DNA of 64,000 nt from a virus, in the IMG/VR virus record IMGVR_UViG_3300021962_008382, positions 94,916-158,915 of that record; one strand, written 5' to 3'. Below, in pieces: positions 48,627-58,004 of this stretch. Numbering within the stretch: the first letter of the stretch is position 1; the number at the start of each line of letters is the position of its first letter. The notes below the pieces were generated by a model. The model did not search any database. It was not told the DNA's origin and saw only the letters and a program-made list of their open reading frames with translations. Position numbers and translations under genes: made by a program.

Positions 48627-49150
48627 GATTGTCCTCTCCGCTTCACTATTTTAATTTTCTTCTTTTTAACTCCTAATGTCTCAGGAGTAAAACCTGCAAT
48701 ACCTGGTGTTGCAGATGCATTGTTAGCTGGTACTTCTTCTATAAAGTATTTAAATGTCAGAAATCGTTTATTATTTATAGTTTCTGTTACGAAATTTAAT
48801 TCTTCAGATAAATTTTGGTTTTGTCTATCAAAAAATCTGGCCTCTAAATCAATAACTTCAGTCTTATCTTCTAGGTGTTCTTTTATTAGAGATAAAGCAG
48901 CAGCAAAAGATAGAAGCTTTTTATTTTCTAGAGGTACTTTTTCTATTATTTTTTTCAGACGATATACCATTCTATGAAGAAGGGTATATGATTCTCTTTC
49001 TTGAATTGTATTAAGTGAACTCATCTTTTTGAGTTCATGACCTTTTTTATCTATAATCCCTAAACGATAAGCATCAGTTTCTTCAAATGGCGTAACTAGC
49101 ATTCGAAGAATGCGGTAAGCAATAAGAGAGTCTATGAATTTAGTAGCCAT
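48623..49150 (-). CDS. Conserved T4-like hypothetical protein
   Basis: YRILRMLVTPF...AY.LGIID..G; AAAL.LIKE; EEVPAN. Confidence 0.8.
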   Translation of the reverse strand: MATKFIDSLIAYRILRMLVTPFEETDAYRLGIIDKKGHELKKMSSLNTIQERESYTLLHRMVYRLKKIIEKVPLENKKLLSFAAALSLIKEHLEDKTEVIDLEARFFDRQNQNLSEELNFVTETINNKRFLTFKYFIEEVPANNASATPGIAGFTPETLGVKKKKIKIVKRRGQS

Positions 49151-49530
49151 TATAGTTTAGAAAGTTTTTCCAGAATATTTTGATCTATAGGTATGTCATA
49201 CCCAGGGGTATCATATATTACTAAACCTATTGGCATATAATTTAAAAATACTAAAAAGGTTTTAAGCTGAGTCCAGAATTTTTTTTCTATCTTAAAGAAT
49301 AACATTCTAGTAGCTGCATCAACACCGAACAAATTATAAAGAACAACAATATGATTTATAATTAATCTTTCTTTAAGCTCATCACCTGCATCATACTTTC
49401 TAAATAAGCGCTTTAAATATCTAAATCGCTTTAAATCGTCTATAAATTCGGATGTACCTTTGCATGTAGGATTATCATAATACTTCATTGCATATAGAAC
49501 AAAATTTTCTTCAGTGAGTTCACGATTCAT
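49150..49530 (-). CDS. Conserved T4-like hypothetical protein (DUF7207-like)
   Basis: LTEENF..YAMK.YDNP.C...F.DDLKRF.YLKRL; LIINH...LYN.FG; start reassigned to MNREL. Confidence 0.8.
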   Translation of the reverse strand: MNRELTEENFVLYAMKYYDNPTCKGTSEFIDDLKRFRYLKRLFRKYDAGDELKERLIINHIVVLYNLFGVDAATRMLFFKIEKKFWTQLKTFLVFLNYMPIGLVIYDTPGYDIPIDQNILEKLSKL

Positions 49531-49532
49531 AA

Positions 49533-49970
49533 TTAAGTAATACTTGCGGTTCCCCCTATAACGAACCATTTACTATTAGTATATAATAGCGTGGCAGTAT
49601 CACCTACTGCGTTAAAAGATACGTTAGCACCAGCTGCAATATTAGATGAGATGGTGTAGGTTCCACCAGCTGCAGAGATCATAGTAATGATTTTAATTTG
49701 ATTTGTCTTAGTAGCATTTGGAATAGTTATCGTACCATTAGCTGCTGAAACAGTAAGATGTGTAACTGGTTTAGTAAGATCTATAATACCAGGAGAGGCA
49801 AGAAGCTGAACTGTAGAGTCAAGAGAAACATTACCTTTCAAAACAGGATCAAACAGGTTTTCAAACAATACAGACGCATTCGCTTTCTTCGAAGAATTAG
49901 CCTGTACAACATACAGTAAATCGCTGCGTCCAACGTTGGACGCAGCGGTTAGTTCACTTAACTTACTCAT
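49533..49970 (-). CDS. Virion structural protein
   Basis: MSKLSELTAA...DLL.VV N-terminus; GDTATLLY...W.VIG. Confidence 0.65.
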   Translation of the reverse strand: MSKLSELTAASNVGRSDLLYVVQANSSKKANASVLFENLFDPVLKGNVSLDSTVQLLASPGIIDLTKPVTHLTVSAANGTITIPNATKTNQIKIITMISAAGGTYTISSNIAAGANVSFNAVGDTATLLYTNSKWFVIGGTASIT

Positions 49971-49983
49971 CTATAATACCGTA

Positions 49984-50778
49984 TTAGTCAGGGAAAACAG
50001 TATCTTCAAAGTCACCTGCAGTACCAGCTGTAAAGTTCTTAGACATTGCAACTAGTACTTCTGACTTCTTACGAACTGAACCATTAGCATCTATATAGGT
50101 TGTAAAGTGTGTCCAACCTGTATGAGAGGCATTTGATACACCTGTACCGGAGGTAAACGAAATATCAGCTGTAGCGTTTTGTGTAGGAACAGCGGCACCA
50201 GTTGTAGCAATCGTCACTGTGGTGTTAGCTTGAACCTCAGCTGTGTATCCTGCACCGGCGTTAGTGATAGTAAAGCTTGTTACGTTGGCACCAGTATAAT
50301 TAATAGTAGCGGTAGCATTTACAGTTGGCTGTGAAGCACCGGATGTTGAAATAGTCGCTGTAGTATTGGCTTTTGCAGCAGTTGTGTAGTTACCTGCAAC
50401 GTTAGCTGTAAGCGCAGATACTCTAGAAGTCTTCATTTCTGAAGAATCTACACCGTAGATGTTTTCAATGTTATAAACATTGCTTTCTCTACCAGCACGA
50501 CCGGAGTAAACAGTAACGTTACCACCAACATACTTAGGGCCTTGCTGAAGGTATGCTGTAGCTCCAGAGACAGCTGAAAACCCTGCTCTCGTTAAGAACA
50601 AGTTTGTATTAGATACAACATTGCTTACTTGATATTTGCGACCGGAAATAAGCAGGTAGTCTCCGTCTTTTACATTTGAAGTAAAATAGGTTGAGGAACC
50701 TACTACATTAGCATTAGCTGTATACAGTGTCACTGTACCGGCTATAGCAACATTATCTGTATAACCCCATGAAGACAT
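49984..50778 (-). CDS. Virion structural protein
   Basis: MSSWG...YGVD..E...HTGW...G.VR.KSEVLVAM, a conserved T4-like virion family. Confidence 0.75.
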   Translation of the reverse strand: MSSWGYTDNVAIAGTVTLYTANANVVGSSTYFTSNVKDGDYLLISGRKYQVSNVVSNTNLFLTRAGFSAVSGATAYLQQGPKYVGGNVTVYSGRAGRESNVYNIENIYGVDSSEMKTSRVSALTANVAGNYTTAAKANTTATISTSGASQPTVNATATINYTGANVTSFTITNAGAGYTAEVQANTTVTIATTGAAVPTQNATADISFTSGTGVSNASHTGWTHFTTYIDANGSVRKKSEVLVAMSKNFTAGTAGDFEDTVFPD

Positions 50779-50793
50779 TTAGTTTCTCCTTAA

Positions 50794-51693
50794 TTATTCC
50801 CCAGCAGAAACCGTGCTGCTGGAGTGAATATATCTATAGTGATTTCCGGAGTCTTTATCTTTTACGATATACTCCACGTAGATATCACCGCTTTCGGTAT
50901 TATATTTAGGCTCTGAAACTTCGTGACCTTCGTTTACAAGGGTGTCGATCTTCTGATCAACAGCGTCTTCTAAAGCAGCTAATTCAATAAAAGCATTGTT
51001 CTGAACATTATAAGACTCATTAGCAATGTTAATTGCTTCTTCCTCTCCTACTAACCGCTTTGCAGCAAGAAGATGTTCGGAAAAGGAGTAACGATCTTTT
51101 GGTTCGAAGTTATTCACTACTAATACGCTTTCGCTATATTGTACTGATTCTTCCATATCGTCTTTTTTAGTAGAAGCCATTCCTTTAGTGGCCCCTGACT
51201 GAGACATGTGTTTCTTAGCTGCAGATTTAGCTAGTCTTTCTTGTTCTTTATTTTTCTTGGCGATCTTTTCTGCGGCAGCTTTAATCATAGGAAGACGCTT
51301 AGCTTTCAACTCTGCCGAAGCTGCTTCTTCGATATCATCTTTCTTTGTAGATGCCATTCCTTTTGTAGCACCTGATTGAGACATATGCTTCTTAGCTGCA
51401 GACTTAGCTAGTCTTTCTTGCTCTTTATTTTTCTTAGCAATCTTTTCAGCAGCTGCTTTAATCATAGGTAGACGCTTAGCTTTGAGCTCCGCTGACACGG
51501 CTTCTACCATATCAACTTCTTCTTTCATCTTAGCTTTTTTACCGGTACGAAGCATCTCAAAATCTTTTGATGTGAGTTCATCCTTTTCTGGTTCGTGAAC
51601 ATCTAGCTTCTGCTGATTAGGGTGTTTAATCTTACCTTCTAAAACTTCGCGAGCTGCATTTTGTAGTGATTTGGAAATTGATTTCATATCCAT
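50794..51693 (-). CDS. Probable internal head protein with duplicated basic module
   Basis: HPNQQKLDV...DFEMLR motif; two ~59-aa near-identical repeats bounded by xxE sites. Confidence 0.65.
   Translation of the reverse strand: MDMKSISKSLQNAAREVLEGKIKHPNQQKLDVHEPEKDELTSKDFEMLRTGKKAKMKEEVDMVEAVSAELKAKRLPMIKAAAEKIAKKNKEQERLAKSAAKKHMSQSGATKGMASTKKDDIEEAASAELKAKRLPMIKAAAEKIAKKNKEQERLAKSAAKKHMSQSGATKGMASTKKDDMEESVQYSESVLVVNNFEPKDRYSFSEHLLAAKRLVGEEEAINIANESYNVQNNAFIELAALEDAVDQKIDTLVNEGHEVSEPKYNTESGDIYVEYIVKDKDSGNHYRYIHSSSTVSAGE
51149..51505. repeat. Tandem duplication of ~177 bp (59 aa)
   Basis: SAELKAKRLPMIKAAAEKIAKKNKEQERLAKSAAKKHMSQSGATKGMASTKKDD occurs twice. Confidence 0.95.
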
Positions 51694-51724
51694 TTTGTTA
51701 TACCTTATTTTAGTTAAATTAAAA

Positions 51725-52264
51725 TTACCATTGACGACAAGACCAGTATCTCGCTTTAGTTCTTGGACCAGGGTTATCGCAATTATGTCTAGCTCTAAAA
51801 GATCGTCTTCTAGCAGGAATATTCTTTTTAATTGTCATGTTAGGATCACCGAAGTTAACTTTTACAACATTACCTTTTTCGTTCTTTACATAAACAGCTC
51901 GCTTTTTAGGACCACCTGGGGTAAGGAAAGGTTTACCGAGACTAACTCTTCTTTTCTCTTCCCCTTCTAACAAATAAGCTTCTTCTACAGGTTCGCCCCA
52001 ATCTTCATACTGTTCATTCCCGGTAACCTCGAATACATCTTCTACTGAACCATATTCGGCATCTTCACAATCTTCACAGCACGCTTCTTCCTTCATTGCC
52101 GCCATATTATCCACAAGGTTGGGATAGGGTCTTCCAGCAGCTTTAGCCCGGCGCTTTGCTTCTGCTTTTTGTCCAGGCGACATTGACCCTTTGGTTTTTT
52201 TAGGGTTAGGCTGATCCCATACTGCTTCTAGTAAATCTTGTCTTAGGGTTTTTAAATTTTTCAT
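51725..52264 (-). CDS. Conserved hypothetical protein (DUF6321-like), probable head-internal
   Basis: A..AGRPYPNLVDN; VYVKN..GNVVKVNFGDPNM.IK...P.RR.SFRARH.C..PG....ARYWSC..W. Confidence 0.75.
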   Translation of the reverse strand: MKNLKTLRQDLLEAVWDQPNPKKTKGSMSPGQKAEAKRRAKAAGRPYPNLVDNMAAMKEEACCEDCEDAEYGSVEDVFEVTGNEQYEDWGEPVEEAYLLEGEEKRRVSLGKPFLTPGGPKKRAVYVKNEKGNVVKVNFGDPNMTIKKNIPARRRSFRARHNCDNPGPRTKARYWSCRQW

Positions 52265-52491
52265 ACTACTTTAATTGCTAATTTAACTACCTTCGCTGCC
52301 CAGTTACGAGTTGCTTCGTCTTTAGCTTTTTTACTAGCTTCTAGAGTAGCAAAAACTTCTTCTACAAGCTCTTCTTTTTCTTTTACAGTTATAGTGCCAT
52401 CTTTATAGTCGTCAAGAATACCTTGAAGCTCGCGTGCAAGGTCTCCTCTTATGGATTTTTCTTGCAAATAAGGTGTTAGTTCATCTACCAT
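52261..52491 (-). CDS. Hypothetical protein
   Basis: Overlap-coupled ORF. Confidence 0.6.
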   Translation of the reverse strand: MVDELTPYLQEKSIRGDLARELQGILDDYKDGTITVKEKEELVEEVFATLEASKKAKDEATRNWAAKVVKLAIKVV

Positions 52492-52862
52492 CTTGTACTC
52501 CAGGCTTGTCTAAGCACATCCATTCTTGTCTTACTTAGATTCAGCCAGCGATTACATGCACCTTCTGATGCCGTTTCAGCTTTTTCTAAGTTTACCATTA
52601 TAGCTTCTGTATTTTCTATCTGCGGATCTTTTTTAAATAACGCGTATCTGTGTAGCCATTGGGCGTCCATTACCGCTTCTTCAAAATTAGATTTATCTAT
52701 ACAATCTATCTTTTCTAATGAAACATCTAAATCTATAAAACCAGCTACCATTGCCGGATCATGTTTTCTAGGAATCATAGACTTTACTTTATCTAGCGGT
52801 GCTTTTACCGAAGCACAGCCAATCATTAGTATTATCAATGAACCAAGAACAAAGCGTTTCAT
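52485..52862 (-). CDS. Lipoprotein
   Basis: Signal peptide with lipobox MIGC. Confidence 0.7.
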   Translation of the reverse strand: MKRFVLGSLIILMIGCASVKAPLDKVKSMIPRKHDPAMVAGFIDLDVSLEKIDCIDKSNFEEAVMDAQWLHRYALFKKDPQIENTEAIMVNLEKAETASEGACNRWLNLSKTRMDVLRQAWSTRW

Positions 52863-52863
52863 T

Positions 52864-53643
52864 TTATTTTTTAGATCTATATCCCGCCAGTCTTTTTTGC
52901 TCGATCGATCTTAACTTAGGCAGCATACGATTTACAATAGTATTCTGCATATATTTCATTCTTTGAACTTGCTGTTCAATACGATCTTTTTCTGCAGCAG
53001 ATAAAGATGCTTTATCTCTCCCGCGAAGCAGTCTTCTGTATACGGCATTTCTAGCTGCTACAATAGCTCGCTTTTTTAATACTTGTGTTGAAGATGCCCG
53101 ACGTAATTTAATATTTCGAGCTACTGTTCGCTTAGGTTTCTGTCTTTTAAACGATTGACGTTTTCTTAAACGAGACTGTGCAGTTAATCTTTCTTCTAAA
53201 TATTCTTCCTCAACAATCTCTTCGTCGTCGTAAAGATCTACAATATCTTCCCACTCGATACTTTCTACTATTTCATCAATATTAATATCTTCTTGTTCAT
53301 CTAAAACAAAATTGGAAAAGCTTACTAGCTTAGATTCTTCTACCTCACCCATATCAGCCTTAGGTACATGAGCGTAAGGTAAGTCTGCAATGGTTGAATC
53401 TTTATGCCCATGGAGTTTGAGAAGATCTTCTGTATGAACTTGCATATATGGCTGATGTTTATCTAACACACCGAGTGTCTGTAAAGCATCATGAGCTCTG
53501 CTCATATGATAACTAAAATCATGAAGCATAGTATTTGTAGCCATGCCTTTTTCCATTGCAGCTTTTTTTACTGAAAGATAGTTATCAGTAGCTTCTAAAG
53601 CTGTCTTAAGAAGTTCGTGCTGCTGTAAAATTTCTGTATTCAT
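52864..53643 (-). CDS. Hypothetical protein (acidic middle, very basic C-terminus), probable head-internal
   Basis: LEE-rich region followed by an R/K-rich domain. Confidence 0.65.
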   Translation of the reverse strand: MNTEILQQHELLKTALEATDNYLSVKKAAMEKGMATNTMLHDFSYHMSRAHDALQTLGVLDKHQPYMQVHTEDLLKLHGHKDSTIADLPYAHVPKADMGEVEESKLVSFSNFVLDEQEDINIDEIVESIEWEDIVDLYDDEEIVEEEYLEERLTAQSRLRKRQSFKRQKPKRTVARNIKLRRASSTQVLKKRAIVAARNAVYRRLLRGRDKASLSAAEKDRIEQQVQRMKYMQNTIVNRMLPKLRSIEQKRLAGYRSKK

Positions 53644-54071
53644 TTAGTAAAGGACCTCAGCATCCACGCATGCTTTTCGTGTTCGCTAATTATATCTTGT
53701 AACTTGTTTGATATTCCGAATTCAGACGACTTCTCAGCAGAATCATACGCATTATAGAGAGCGGCCAGATAGGTTGAATTGTCGTTATAGAGATTTTTTA
53801 TCATAGTCGAGCTATTAGGAATAACATCTGTTGATTCTTCCATGGTCTTGAGCTCCATTACTCTACCTAGCGAAACAGGAGCATATACATCTAAAGTTCT
53901 AATTAATTCGGCAATAATATCAGTATTGTTCCAGACGCTTTTATAAAAGTTACCTAAGAATTCATGATACTGTTGAAAATCTGGGCCTTCGACATTCCAA
54001 TGATATGAATGAGCCTTAAAATATATAACAAAGGTATCAGATAAAAGATTTTTAAGAATATCAGCTAGCAT
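53640..54071 (-). CDS. dps: Dps / ferritin-like DNA protection protein
   Basis: K.H.YHWNVEG.DF...HEF....Y......D.IAE.IR; HEKHAWML.S. Confidence 0.92.
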   Translation of the reverse strand: MLADILKNLLSDTFVIYFKAHSYHWNVEGPDFQQYHEFLGNFYKSVWNNTDIIAELIRTLDVYAPVSLGRVMELKTMEESTDVIPNSSTMIKNLYNDNSTYLAALYNAYDSAEKSSEFGISNKLQDIISEHEKHAWMLRSFTK

Positions 54072-54074
54072 AAT

Positions 54075-54971
54075 TTATTGATCCGTGTACTGCTTGAATC
54101 TCATTCTCTTGAGAAGACTTATAGGTGACATATTCATCGCTTTCGGATCAGGCTGCGGAAGTACTTCCCCTAATGGTTTTCCAGATCTAATATCTTCTAT
54201 ATGCTGCTTAAAAAGCTTATAAGCGCTTGGGCATGCATCCAGGTTTCTGGTTTGAATACCATCGAATTCAAGCTGCATAGAATCGTTCTCTTTTAAATTA
54301 TTTTTTTCACCCGGGGTTATTTTCTTCATTTTATTAACCCCTTCCTTCTCTCCCCACTGATACTTAGAAACTTTAAGATGTGGGTCATAAATCTCATTGG
54401 TTGTTAGAGACTTTTTAACGTGATTATATACTTCTTCTTTATGTTTATCTGAAAGCTTTGACATTAAACCGGATTTGAATTTTTCCTTATTACCTGCAAT
54501 TGCGTGCGAACGTAATTTAGTTCCGGACATTCCTTCGGCGCCTTCGGCGTCTGGGTCTCGGTGACCGGCGGACACGACTTTGATTGTTTTAAAGTTGTAT
54601 AGCGCTTTATCGTGTGTACCGTTATAGTGCTTGAGCTTATCTTCATATTCTTTTACCCTGTCTGAACCAGCTACCATTACTAGATGCTTATGACCTTCAT
54701 CATGAAGCTTCTTTGCAATGTGAAGCATAGAAGGCGTTTCTTTACTGGAAGCTGCTACATGCGCATCTGGATACGCATGTTTTATTAATTTAACTTTATG
54801 TTCGCCGGATAACGGGTTTTTCTTTGAATCTTGAGAATGAGATGTAAAAATATGAGCTGTAGTATCATGTTCTTTAGCGACAGACATAGTTTTATCGAAC
54901 AGTTTTTCATGTCCAATAGTTGGAGGGTTGTTCCTACCATATGTAAATACAGCTGTTTTTTCCTGAGCCAT
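54075..54971 (-). CDS. Cytidyltransferase-like nucleotidyltransferase (HxGH superfamily)
   Basis: GR.NPPTIGH.KL; KNPL; MVAGSDRV; SAG.RDPD....GMSGTKLR. Confidence 0.85.
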   Translation of the reverse strand: MAQEKTAVFTYGRNNPPTIGHEKLFDKTMSVAKEHDTTAHIFTSHSQDSKKNPLSGEHKVKLIKHAYPDAHVAASSKETPSMLHIAKKLHDEGHKHLVMVAGSDRVKEYEDKLKHYNGTHDKALYNFKTIKVVSAGHRDPDAEGAEGMSGTKLRSHAIAGNKEKFKSGLMSKLSDKHKEEVYNHVKKSLTTNEIYDPHLKVSKYQWGEKEGVNKMKKITPGEKNNLKENDSMQLEFDGIQTRNLDACPSAYKLFKQHIEDIRSGKPLGEVLPQPDPKAMNMSPISLLKRMRFKQYTDQ

Positions 54972-54997
54972 GTCTAATTTTTCAAGGTATTGACCAT

Positions 54998-55201
54998 TTA
55001 TTTATCTTTCTTTCTACCGCTGTGCATATTAATAAACCAGTGTGCAAGCTGTTTTTTACGTGGAGATGCGCTCTTAGATGATCTAATTTTTTTAAGTTGA
55101 GATATAGATTTACCTTTTAAACCATGCCTAGCCATATCCCCTTTATCTTGAGGATTACGACCATCTTGAAAGTTTTCTCTAAGTTCTTTAAATGTTTTCA
55201 T
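54998..55201 (-). CDS. Small basic protein with capsid-targeting-like N-terminus
   Basis: MKTFKELRE; NF.DG.NPQDKG...AHW..NM. Confidence 0.7.
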   Translation of the reverse strand: MKTFKELRENFQDGRNPQDKGDMARHGLKGKSISQLKKIRSSKSASPRKKQLAHWFINMHSGRKKDK

Positions 55202-56832
55202 AAATTGATCTGATGTATAACAAACACCGCTGAGGATGTATTAGGGGAAAAAGCTGTAGTTGTAGAAGATAAGGATATATCGGTTGAAGAAACAGCCCAT
55301 ACAACCGATATTCTATCCCCTGCATTTAAGGTGACGTTTCTAGACCATATAGGTGCATTAGAGAAACCGTTGCCAGCAGAGGACACCCTAATAGTACTAT
55401 CCGGTATATCGATACCGTTTTTACGACCCCATACGTATATTTGTTGCTGAGAAGCATTGGAGGATATAAATTGAAGCTTTGCTCTTACATTGTACAAACC
55501 TGTATTTAATGCAGTGATTTCAGTATTACTATTATTTTTTGTAAACCCGCTTGTAACACCCTGATTGTTGAAGATTACACTATGGCCAAAGTCAGTATTA
55601 GGGGCTACTTGATTTTGGCTGCTGGAAAATTCCCCGTAGTACAGTCTAGGAAAAATAGTTGGTCTTACAAGCAACACCCCATCTGTGGGGTCTGCTTTTA
55701 AAACTGCGGCGACGGAAACTGCTACGTTAGGGGCTGTGGGTTGGGTTATTGTTAATTTACCTGGAATACTAGGGTGCGCCCAAAGCAAGTTACCAGCATA
55801 CCAGGTTTCACCCACAACATTACCGGTAGTGTTTAATTTTCTAACCTCACCTAAAACAGTGGCTCTACCGGTACTATTATTTTGAACGTCAGACGTAAGT
55901 ACACCTACGCTATAAAGAGGGACAGCGTTTGCATCAGCTAAAAATTTATCTACTTTAGGTAAAGGGTCACCGGGGGTACCATTTATACCGGCGAAAACAA
56001 CAAACTCGCCGTCTAATAATATATTACCCGTTTCATTGGATACTCTTATGTAGTTTTCTAGACCTACTTGCAATATGGTACCATCTGCTTGATGGATATC
56101 CAGACAATCTTTATTTGCATTCCAGGCTGTAAGCCCGGCAGCCACATTTGCGTTGCCAGTATAACCTACAGTATCATACTTTAGAGAATATATCTCACCC
56201 TGGTCACCGGTTAGAAAACCAAACGTGACTCCATCGAATGCGGGGTTGTTATTAGGCTCATACTTTAATATTTTGTGGCGGTCTCTACCTTGCCAAGATT
56301 GATAGTTAACATCATCCAGTCTAAGAAATCTTGTTTCACCAGAACCAGGACCGGTTGCAGCTATCTTGCTAATAGCCTGTTCCAGAAATTTTAATTTTTT
56401 CTGTACTGCTTCTAAATTTTTTTCAACTAATGTAGGGTCTGGTTGTTGGAAAGAATCAGCTTTTTCTTCTAGCTTGACTTCTTTAGTAATATGTTCGGCT
56501 GCTCTTTCAGCCAAAGATTTAGGTGTTTCATTCTTAGAGGCTTCTTCATTAGTCTGGGTTTGAGCCAATTCATTCTGCTCCTCCTTTAATACTTCTAATA
56601 GTTCATTAAGGGTAGGGGGCTTGGGGTATTCATTTGTAAGTTTCTCAACAACCTTCTCTGCTACTACCGTGGCTTCTTGCAGATCTTTAATCGTGTTACT
56701 ACGAACAGATTCAAGAATTTCCTGCTGAAGTTTATTGTAACGATTGACCTCTTCTTGTAGCAGGGGGTCGACATCATCCCCCATTGCCTTGGCCCATTTA
56801 ACTAGAAGTTGTTTTTCTTTTATCGATTTCAC
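55198..56832 (-). CDS. Virion structural protein (coiled coil plus beta-rich C-terminal domains)
   Basis: GPGSGE.RFLRLDDV motif; LQVG.E; G.V..LNT; C1q-like C-terminus. Confidence 0.6.
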   Translation of the reverse strand: MKSIKEKQLLVKWAKAMGDDVDPLLQEEVNRYNKLQQEILESVRSNTIKDLQEATVVAEKVVEKLTNEYPKPPTLNELLEVLKEEQNELAQTQTNEEASKNETPKSLAERAAEHITKEVKLEEKADSFQQPDPTLVEKNLEAVQKKLKFLEQAISKIAATGPGSGETRFLRLDDVNYQSWQGRDRHKILKYEPNNNPAFDGVTFGFLTGDQGEIYSLKYDTVGYTGNANVAAGLTAWNANKDCLDIHQADGTILQVGLENYIRVSNETGNILLDGEFVVFAGINGTPGDPLPKVDKFLADANAVPLYSVGVLTSDVQNNSTGRATVLGEVRKLNTTGNVVGETWYAGNLLWAHPSIPGKLTITQPTAPNVAVSVAAVLKADPTDGVLLVRPTIFPRLYYGEFSSSQNQVAPNTDFGHSVIFNNQGVTSGFTKNNSNTEITALNTGLYNVRAKLQFISSNASQQQIYVWGRKNGIDIPDSTIRVSSAGNGFSNAPIWSRNVTLNAGDRISVVWAVSSTDISLSSTTTAFSPNTSSAVFVIHQINL

Positions 56833-58004
56833 TTTTTATTCTTCAAAAAATTCAGTCTACTAAATTCAGCTCTATCAACTATCTTGGTAGGTCTGTTATT
56901 AATTACTGCAACATGGCCTTCCGGCTTTACAGTAGTACCGCTGACAGTATGATGGAAATCTTGATGAGATGCAAGGGCATTTGATAAAATATTTTTAGCG
57001 GCCTGAAGGTGGTGATGAACTTCAAGCGTTTTGTTAAATGAATGCTCGCTGCTGCCTATCTCTTTAAGATGTCGATCGCTTATAGCTTTCTGATTAGCTT
57101 TACCGGCCTCTGATTTCAAGGCGGCAGCTTTTTTAAGGTAATGACCAATAATATGATTTTTGTAACCTTTAATAGACGGCTTTGTACCTTCTTTAACTGT
57201 TGAGTTAATATAGGTTTTTAAATGTGTTTCATGGCCTTCGAGATGACCGTAATCATCAATTTGATTGTGAGCATCAATAGCGTTTTGCATATGCTCTTTA
57301 AATTTTTTCTGAGCATCAGGGGTATAGTGAACTTTATTATGATCATACTTTGCAGAGATCATATGTACGCTAGGGTGTTTTCCGAAGTGAGAAAGGTCTG
57401 GGTTATATTCTGCCTTCTGGTTCTCCATGTTAGTACCATGATATGCAGTATGAACTACAAAGCCTATATCGGAATTTTTTATCTTTTTACCTTCTTCTGA
57501 GTTCTTTTTTGTAGAATAGGTAATGGTATTAGGGGTAAAATGATAACTATCTCCTTGAGAATGAACATCGTTATCACCTTTATGATACATGAAGTCACCC
57601 TGGTATATACCTCTGTTAGGGGTAACTTTAGGCATATGTTCAAGAGCAGCTTTTAGTTTCGATACCAGACCGGGCGCATGCCCGTGGTTCTTTTCGATAT
57701 CAGCTACTGTATAGTTGATCTTAGGATTTACATTAAATACGGATTTAGAAGCAACAAAAAATCTACCTGTTTCTGGATGATGACCAAAAACAACAGACGG
57801 TTTTCCATCATATTTAGTTGAGATAGATACTTTAGAATCTTTACCGGTTAGCTTCTGATGTACACCATGAAGAGTATCAAAGGCGTGTTTAAAGCCTTTA
57901 CTACCATCGTTGATTACATGGTCCTCTGCATGCTCAAGGTGGGTTAGTTTTTCTTCTTTATCTTCTGAAAAAGCTTCTGTTAAATAACTTAATAGGGTTT
58001 TCAT
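56829..58004 (-). CDS. DUF6267-like protein with ATP-dependent ligase-type motifs
   Basis: HLEH.ED; TKYDG.P; FFVASKS.FN; YQGDFMY; PEGHV; K.VDR.EFS..NF. Confidence 0.75.
   Translation of the reverse strand: MKTLLSYLTEAFSEDKEEKLTHLEHAEDHVINDGSKGFKHAFDTLHGVHQKLTGKDSKVSISTKYDGKPSVVFGHHPETGRFFVASKSVFNVNPKINYTVADIEKNHGHAPGLVSKLKAALEHMPKVTPNRGIYQGDFMYHKGDNDVHSQGDSYHFTPNTITYSTKKNSEEGKKIKNSDIGFVVHTAYHGTNMENQKAEYNPDLSHFGKHPSVHMISAKYDHNKVHYTPDAQKKFKEHMQNAIDAHNQIDDYGHLEGHETHLKTYINSTVKEGTKPSIKGYKNHIIGHYLKKAAALKSEAGKANQKAISDRHLKEIGSSEHSFNKTLEVHHHLQAAKNILSNALASHQDFHHTVSGTTVKPEGHVAVINNRPTKIVDRAEFSRLNFLKNKK

Noticed and set aside
56829-56852. T TTT TTG heptamer near the end of ORF 56829..58004
   Set aside because: The -1 frame stops after two codons; the next gene is explained by a GTGA overlap
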